Part shown: positions 58,072 through 64,000 of the stretch, piece by piece
How positions within the stretch are numbered: position 1 is the first letter of the stretch
How the letters are laid out: every line of letters begins with the position of its first letter
Assembly (NCBI GenBank): GCA_964592225.1
Contig: CAZQCO010000008.1
Coordinates: forward strand, 3-64,002
From: an uncultured Bacteroidales bacterium
GTDB taxonomy: Bacteria; Bacteroidota; Bacteroidia; Bacteroidales; UBA10428
Reading direction: 5' to 3'
Length of the DNA stretch: 64,000 bases
Notes under the pieces: model-generated
Told to the model about the DNA's origin: nothing
Database searches by the model: none
Seen by the model: only the letters and a program-made list of their open reading frames with translations
Translations under genes and position numbers: made by a program

Positions 58072-59883
58072 CTATTTCATCTGATAATACTCTTTCAAAA
58101 CAAAAAATGCCTTCTTTTTCTCTCCCTTCTCTGAAAGAACACCTTTCCTGTTAAAATCGTTCTGGATTTCGGGCAAATGTCTTCGAGGTGAACGGAAATC
58201 AGTCAGGATCCAGGGCGACATACCACATAATCCGTCGATTTGATCAAGCATATTCAGGGTTTTTATATACAGATCTTCCTGAAATTCTTCTGTCCAGCGT
58301 TGGTTTTTATCACCATGATAGCCATACTTGGCTCCGGCCCCAAATTCACTAATAAATACAGGTTTATCGTAAGTTATTTCCCAGCTTATCTGTTTGCACT
58401 TTTCTGGCAGACCATCATACCAGCCGATATATTCATTGAACGATATGATATCCAGAATATTTGCCAGAGGATCTTCTACCACAGCCACATAATCCGTTTT
58501 ATAATGTTTTTCCAGGGCCGCGCTTATCAGACGGGTGTTATCCAGGAAACGAGCGTGTTCAGCCAGTTTTGTAAGAAATTCGTTTCGGGCCGGAGTAACC
58601 GGTGTTTCATTGGCCAGTGACCAAATAATGACATTGGCCCGGTTCCGGTCGCGCAAAATATTTTCCTGAAGCTGGTTCCGTGCATTTTCAAACGTACTTT
58701 CATTTTTCCAGTCAATGGTCCAGTAAACCGGGATCTCCGACCAGACCATAATTCCTTTTCGTTCGGCAATTCGCACCATATCTTCGTTGTGCGGATAATG
58801 TGCCAGGCGAATAAAATTACAGCCCAGTTCTTTTGCCCAATCAAGTAATTGTTCGGCCTGCCAGGCAGCATTTACGCGTCCTCCTCCATCGGCAGCATAT
58901 TCTTCGTGAATGGAAATTCCTTTAAGAAAAATAGGTTTACCGTTAAGAAGAATTTGTTTCCCTTCAACAGCAATGGTTCTAAAACCCACCGAGTCGATCA
59001 ACGTATCATTACCGGCGAGTATTTCAATACGGTACAACCTGGGATTCTCCGGTGTCCATAATTCCAATTTTTTGGACTGAAAGGAAAATCCGGCCATACC
59101 ATTTTCATCCGGATTTACCTGACTATTAACTTGTAACTCAGGTATTATAATGTGGATATTTTCATCGTTTCCTCCATCGACAAATACCTTTCCTTTAACT
59201 ATCCTATCGGGGGCTGATTCCAATACAATGGAATAATCTTTAATAAAGGTTGAAGGTAGTACAAGCAGTTTCATATCACGTGTTATTCCACCATAGTTCC
59301 ACCAGTCGGTATTAACTGTCGGCACTCCTTTTTTCAATCGTTTATTATCAACTCTCACAACAAGGGAATTATCAGATTCTTTTAAAAAATCAGTGATTTC
59401 GAAGTAAAACGGAGTGAATCCTCCGACATGTGTTCCCAGCTTCTTACTGTTCAGGTATACATCGGCCCGGTAATTCACGGCACCAAAATAAAGAAATACC
59501 CGCTGGCCATCCTGTAATTCGGGGGCATTGAATTTTTTACGGTACCAGATAGTTTCTTCGTAATAATAAAATTTTGGATCCTGGGTATTCCAATCGCCGG
59601 GAACATGCAGCACTGGTGATTTATCGAAATCATACTCAATCAGGTCGCCGGGAGATTGCATTTTTTTATCGCCATAATAACCCGTTGCCCAAGGATCATT
59701 CATTTGATCGAAGGGCTCCAACCGGTAATTATAGTATCCATTCTCATACGGATCGACAATTATATTCCAGTCACCGTTCAGGGAAATACAATTGCGGTAG
59801 TAAACCTGCAGATTATCTGATGCAGGGCAGCGCATTATAAAAAGATTATAGCTTAGAAAACTAAACAGTAGAATTTTTCTCAT
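58072..59883 (-). CDS. Glycoside hydrolase family 2 (beta-glucuronidase/beta-galactosidase-like), secreted
   Basis: Signal peptide MRKILLFSFLSYNLF. GH2 sugar-binding and Ig-like blocks. TIM barrel with acid/base in RLAHYPHNE and nucleophile in VFISEFGAG. Confidence 0.85.
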   Translation of the reverse strand: MRKILLFSFLSYNLFIMRCPASDNLQVYYRNCISLNGDWNIIVDPYENGYYNYRLEPFDQMNDPWATGYYGDKKMQSPGDLIEYDFDKSPVLHVPGDWNTQDPKFYYYEETIWYRKKFNAPELQDGQRVFLYFGAVNYRADVYLNSKKLGTHVGGFTPFYFEITDFLKESDNSLVVRVDNKRLKKGVPTVNTDWWNYGGITRDMKLLVLPSTFIKDYSIVLESAPDRIVKGKVFVDGGNDENIHIIIPELQVNSQVNPDENGMAGFSFQSKKLELWTPENPRLYRIEILAGNDTLIDSVGFRTIAVEGKQILLNGKPIFLKGISIHEEYAADGGGRVNAAWQAEQLLDWAKELGCNFIRLAHYPHNEDMVRIAERKGIMVWSEIPVYWTIDWKNESTFENARNQLQENILRDRNRANVIIWSLANETPVTPARNEFLTKLAEHARFLDNTRLISAALEKHYKTDYVAVVEDPLANILDIISFNEYIGWYDGLPEKCKQISWEITYDKPVFISEFGAGAKYGYHGDKNQRWTEEFQEDLYIKTLNMLDQIDGLCGMSPWILTDFRSPRRHLPEIQNDFNRKGVLSEKGEKKKAFFVLKEYYQMK

Positions 59884-61766
59884 ATGCTGATACCCAGAAT
59901 TTGATGATAGTAAGAAAGCGTTTCAAGTATATTTGATCGCATGTGAATGTAATTTTCAATTCCTTTGGATTTAAGCTCATCCATACACTTCGGGGCACCA
60001 GCCACGACAAGAATGGCGTTATCTCTGAGTAGTAATAAATCTTCAGCAGTCAGTGTGGCGTATTCATCATCGCTGCTGCACAGTACAACTATATCAGCAT
60101 TTACTTTCTGTGCGGCTTTGGCACCCTCCTTGACTGACGAAAATCCCGGATTATCAATTACCTCATATCCTGCACAGGCAAAAAAGTTGCACGAGAAAGT
60201 TGCCCTGGCCCGGCGCATGGAAAGATCACCGAAGGTTAACATGAATACCTTTGGTCGATGAGTATGTCTCTCGGTTGCCAGACGCAGCTTTTCGAATTCC
60301 ATACTATAACGGTATTTTTTCAGGGGAGTAATAATTGCATTCTTGACAGGAGTATCCGGGAAGGCTATTTCTTCATTAATTTCATGTTTCATTGATTCAT
60401 TAAAGTCGGGATATTGATTGGTGCCCACCATGACTTCGCGCTGTGTTGCAATCAAATGGTTACGCAGTTGGGCTGTTTTTTCAATATCTGACTGAACGAT
60501 ACCTTTTTTGAGTGCCTGCAGATATCCTCCTTCCGCCTCGACGTTAAGAAATATTTTCCATGCTTTATCAATAATAGAATCTGTAAGATTTTCGATATAG
60601 TAAGAACCGGCACCAGGATCAGCAACTTTTCCCAGGTAAGCTTCTTCGCTGAGGATAATCTGAATATTACGTGCCAGCCGGTCGGAAAATTTCGTTGTGG
60701 GTTTGTAGGAATCAGTGAAAGGACGGACAAGGAGTGAATCGGTTCCGCCAATAACAGCTGACATGGATTCTGTGGTGCCGCGTAACACGTTCATGTAGGG
60801 ATCGAAAAGAGTTTGGTTCCAATCCGAAGTGATTGAATGAATATACAATTTCTTTGATTCCTCCTTTTCAGGATGGTAAGCTTCCACAATTTTTGCCCAG
60901 AGAAAACGCGCAGCACGCAGTTTAGCAATTTCCATGAAGTAATTGGAACCTATCTCCAGGTTGAATCGAAGATGATGGCAGACAGTATCGACTTTTAGCC
61001 CGGAATCGGTAACACGCGAAAGATAGTCATTAGCCAGGGCCAGACTATATCCCAGTTCCTGCACTATGGATGCACCTGCAGAATGAAAAAAACATCCGTT
61101 AATTGCCAGAGCATGATAATCAGGAAGATGAGAAGATACAAATTGTAAAAGGTGAATCAATATTTCGAAATCAGCATCTTCGCTTGTATAGAATTTGCCT
61201 GTAATGGTAAGGTATCCCAGCGGATCGAAATCAACTGAACCGCGAATCTGTGCTTTATCAAACTTGCGGAATTCCACTTCAGCCTGAAGCATGTTTACGA
61301 TTTTCGGGGCATTATGGCCACAAATAAAATTCAGACCTACCTGGTTCAGGGGAATGTTCCGGAGTAACCGACTGAACTCAGCCAGGTTTTTTAATAGTGG
61401 TTTTTCTCCTGCCGGTGGAAAAATATATCCCAGCGATGTCACTCCATGATCCAAGCAAAATTGTGATTTCTGATGAGCTGTTTCGATATCATCAAGCAGA
61501 ATATCCTGCCGGATCTCCCAATGGTTGGAACCGGCTTTGTTTCCTCTTACATAGGGGAATTCTCCCGGCAGAGGAGTCAGGTATTCTTTATCGGTTAAGT
61601 ATTCTTTTCTGTAATAGGGTTGTACCCTGATATTTTCCAGGGTCTGCCACACCAGTTTTTTTTCATAATCGGCTCCTTTCAGGTCCTGCCTGATTTTTTC
61701 TTCCCATTCCTCAGTACTGATAGATGGAAATTCGTTAAAGAGTTGATTTTTATTGAGAGTACTCAT
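59880..61766 (-). CDS. mutA: Methylmalonyl-CoA mutase small subunit
   Basis: Mutase-fold N-terminal barrel ([17 protein letters not shown]) and a C-terminal Rossmann domain without the DxHxxG B12 ligand motif, as in beta subunits. Confidence 0.9.
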   Translation of the reverse strand: MSTLNKNQLFNEFPSISTEEWEEKIRQDLKGADYEKKLVWQTLENIRVQPYYRKEYLTDKEYLTPLPGEFPYVRGNKAGSNHWEIRQDILLDDIETAHQKSQFCLDHGVTSLGYIFPPAGEKPLLKNLAEFSRLLRNIPLNQVGLNFICGHNAPKIVNMLQAEVEFRKFDKAQIRGSVDFDPLGYLTITGKFYTSEDADFEILIHLLQFVSSHLPDYHALAINGCFFHSAGASIVQELGYSLALANDYLSRVTDSGLKVDTVCHHLRFNLEIGSNYFMEIAKLRAARFLWAKIVEAYHPEKEESKKLYIHSITSDWNQTLFDPYMNVLRGTTESMSAVIGGTDSLLVRPFTDSYKPTTKFSDRLARNIQIILSEEAYLGKVADPGAGSYYIENLTDSIIDKAWKIFLNVEAEGGYLQALKKGIVQSDIEKTAQLRNHLIATQREVMVGTNQYPDFNESMKHEINEEIAFPDTPVKNAIITPLKKYRYSMEFEKLRLATERHTHRPKVFMLTFGDLSMRRARATFSCNFFACAGYEVIDNPGFSSVKEGAKAAQKVNADIVVLCSSDDEYATLTAEDLLLLRDNAILVVAGAPKCMDELKSKGIENYIHMRSNILETLSYYHQILGISI

Positions 61767-61777
61767 GCTGCAACTAA

Positions 61778-62482
61778 TTATAATCTGTAGGCTACCCCGA
61801 TTCCTGCATTAAGTGTATTGATAGGGCAGGAGTAGTCAATCTTTTCTGAAGTTTTGTTTCCCAGCACTTGCTTATCTTTAATTATATCGCCATTACAGGT
61901 TGAAATGAACCAGCTCACATGAATCCGGATAGAAGTATAAGTATTTATATGATATCGTAAAGCGCATCCTGCTTCAAATCCAAGATTGACAGTCCTAACC
62001 TCGAGACTTCGATTGTAATAATCATCGAGGTTGTCTGCATAAATACTCATTTCGGGTGGTAATACAAAATTTATTCCCGTTAGCATATACAGATCTATGT
62101 TGGCCCGTTCCCGAAGAATCGTATATTCAGGACCTGCCAGCACGGAAATATATTTCCAGAAACCACTGAAATAGGAGGGGTCACCATCTAATGGAAAATC
62201 AGTTGGAAACTCTTCGGAAAGCAGATCGAGCAGGGCATCTTCATCAACGCTATTTGAAGCATACCGGATGTTTCCCCCGATTCCCAGATTTTTTTTCAGG
62301 AAAAAACCTCCGGAATAATCCCCTGTGAATCCATTTAATGCAAAACCATTTTGTGTAAGATCGTTGTATGAAGCAAAGTGTTTCAAGGGTAGGTTGCCCC
62401 CAAAACTGATGGCCATAAAATTACTCTGACTCAGTAAGCTGAGGGGAAAGAAGAGCAGGGAAATAAGGAGATATTTTTTCAT
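61778..62482 (-). CDS. Small outer-membrane beta-barrel protein (hypothetical)
   Basis: Signal peptide MKKYLLISLLFFPLSLLSQ, alternating strand pattern, C-terminal ...GIGVAYRL. Met at 62482 is preferred and avoids overlap with fumC. Confidence 0.5.
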   Translation of the reverse strand: MKKYLLISLLFFPLSLLSQSNFMAISFGGNLPLKHFASYNDLTQNGFALNGFTGDYSGGFFLKKNLGIGGNIRYASNSVDEDALLDLLSEEFPTDFPLDGDPSYFSGFWKYISVLAGPEYTILRERANIDLYMLTGINFVLPPEMSIYADNLDDYYNRSLEVRTVNLGFEAGCALRYHINTYTSIRIHVSWFISTCNGDIIKDKQVLGNKTSEKIDYSCPINTLNAGIGVAYRL

Positions 62483-62486
62483 CCGG

Positions 62487-63887
62487 CTATTTATCAAGAG
62501 AGCCTGTCATTTTTGAAGGTACAACCCATTCATCGAATTGCCCGGCAGTAATCAGTTTCAATTCAATAGCGGCTTCTTTCAGAGTTTTCCCTTCCTTATG
62601 AGCCTTTTTAGCGATTTTAGCAGCATTTTCATAACCAATGTGTGTATTCAGAGCTGTTACAAGCATGAGTGAGTTATCGAGATGCGATTTAATACGTTGG
62701 TGGTTAGGTTCTATCCCTGCGGCGCAATTAGTATTAAAAGCCTTACAGGCATCGGCCAGCAAAGTAGCTGACTGCAGGAAACCGGCTATCATTACAGGTT
62801 TATAAACATTTAATTCGAAATGTCCGTTCATTCCGCCAATGGCAATAGTAGTATCATTTCCAATAATCTGGGCACACACCATGGTTAAAGCTTCTACCTG
62901 CGTAGGATTTACTTTACCGGGCATGATGGACGAACCGGGTTCGTTTGCAGGAATATTAATCTCACCGATTCCCGAGCGGGGACCGGAAGCGAGCATGCGA
63001 ATATCATTAGCAATCTTCATCAGGCTCACAGCCAGCTGCTTTAATGCTCCGTGCGATTCAACAATCGCATCATGCGATGCCAGGGATTCAAATTTATTTT
63101 TTGCTGTAATGAGGGGTAATCCTGTCAGTTTGGCTATCTGCGCTGCTACTTCAACATCATATCCCTTAGGCGTATTCATACCGGTACCAACCGCAGTGCC
63201 TCCCAGGGCAAGTTCGGCAAGATGAGGGAGCGTATTCTTCAAAGCTTGTAATCCGTGATCGAGTTGTGAAACGTATCCCGAAAACTCTTGTCCGAGAGTA
63301 AGCGGTGTAGCATCCATCCAGTGTGTACGGCCAATTTTTACTACATCCATCATAGCTTTTAATTTCTTTTTCAATGTATCGCGCAGCAACTCAAGTCCGG
63401 GAATTGTAGATTCAGACAGTTTTTTATAGGCAGCAATATGCATGGCAGTAGGGAAAGTATCGTTCGATGATTGCGATTTGTTCACATCATCGTTCGGATG
63501 TATTTGGGTTTTTCCTTCACCCAGTTTATTCCCCTGAAGAACGTGCGAACGGTTTGCTATAACTTCGTTGACATTCATATTCGATTGTGTGCCGGAGCCG
63601 GTTTGCCAGATTACTAGCGGGAATTGATCATTAAGCTCACCGGCAATGATCTCATCACATACCCTGCATATAAGCTTCATTTTGTCTTCCGACAAAACTC
63701 CCAGTTTATGGTTAGTAATGGCGGCAGCTTTTTTAAGATATCCGAAAGCATAGATGATTTCGATGGGCATAGAGGCAGCCGGGCCAATAGGAAAATTCAT
63801 AACTGAGCGCTGTGTTTGCGCTCCCCAGTATTTATCGGCGGGCACCTTAACTTCACCCATGGTGTCGTGTTCTGTTCTGTAAGTCAT
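62487..63887 (-). CDS. fumC: Class II fumarate hydratase
   Basis: YWGAQTQRS, and the fumarate lyase signature [13 protein letters not shown]. Confidence 0.95.
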   Translation of the reverse strand: MTYRTEHDTMGEVKVPADKYWGAQTQRSVMNFPIGPAASMPIEIIYAFGYLKKAAAITNHKLGVLSEDKMKLICRVCDEIIAGELNDQFPLVIWQTGSGTQSNMNVNEVIANRSHVLQGNKLGEGKTQIHPNDDVNKSQSSNDTFPTAMHIAAYKKLSESTIPGLELLRDTLKKKLKAMMDVVKIGRTHWMDATPLTLGQEFSGYVSQLDHGLQALKNTLPHLAELALGGTAVGTGMNTPKGYDVEVAAQIAKLTGLPLITAKNKFESLASHDAIVESHGALKQLAVSLMKIANDIRMLASGPRSGIGEINIPANEPGSSIMPGKVNPTQVEALTMVCAQIIGNDTTIAIGGMNGHFELNVYKPVMIAGFLQSATLLADACKAFNTNCAAGIEPNHQRIKSHLDNSLMLVTALNTHIGYENAAKIAKKAHKEGKTLKEAAIELKLITAGQFDEWVVPSKMTGSLDK

Positions 63888-64000
63888 ATTTTTAAGTTTA
63901 TATTTCGTATTAAAAAGAGTGACTAAGAAATAAAGTTACGAAGTGACGAGGATTAATGAATTATGTTTCATAATTAAATAATTCATGAGTTGATCTTCAA

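Overview
The window looks like a core chromosomal segment of a Bacteroidota-type genome. Three things support this. TTTG-N18-21-TAnnTTTG promoter-like boxes lie upstream of the two tRNAs and rplM. The F-type ATP synthase genes are split into atpBEFHAG on the minus strand and atpDC on the plus strand. Genes are densely packed with many 1-4 nt overlaps.

Most of the content is housekeeping:
- ATP synthase
- fabH-plsX-rpmF-yceD
- rplM-rpsI-rpsB-tsf-pyrH-frr
- dxs, efp, tsaB, tyrS, rnpA
- fumC plus both methylmalonyl-CoA mutase subunits
- two tRNAs, Gln-UUG and Arg-CCU
- two FtsX/MacB-type ABC modules
- envelope genes: a GT9 glycosyltransferase, two O-antigen-ligase-like proteins, and Wzz-like, OmpA-like and AsmA-like proteins
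- several signalling proteins

I found no CRISPR array, transposase, integrase, reverse transcriptase or recognisable defence operon.

The least ordinary signals are:
1. Two copies of a four-helix-bundle ORF of the '23S rRNA intervening-sequence protein' type, each bracketed by GAGTRA-rich and complementary repeat arms. One follows tRNA-Arg and has a 128-bp tandem partial duplication. The other exactly fills the gap between a GH2 gene and mutB, inside the mutase operon.
2. A signal-peptide GH2 glycosidase inserted between mutA and mutB, joined to mutA by an ATGA overlap.
3. A secreted TPR / Ig-like / caspase (C14) protein with an intact His/Cys dyad.
4. A GH16-fold protein whose ExDxxE catalytic motif reads HIDIAK, fused to about four lysine-rich repeats.
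5. An orphan ThiF/MoeB-type E1 gene behind a 512-bp AT-rich spacer that carries a 10-bp perfect inverted repeat over a -7-like box.

All calls come from reading the ORF translations and the DNA by eye. No database search was run.
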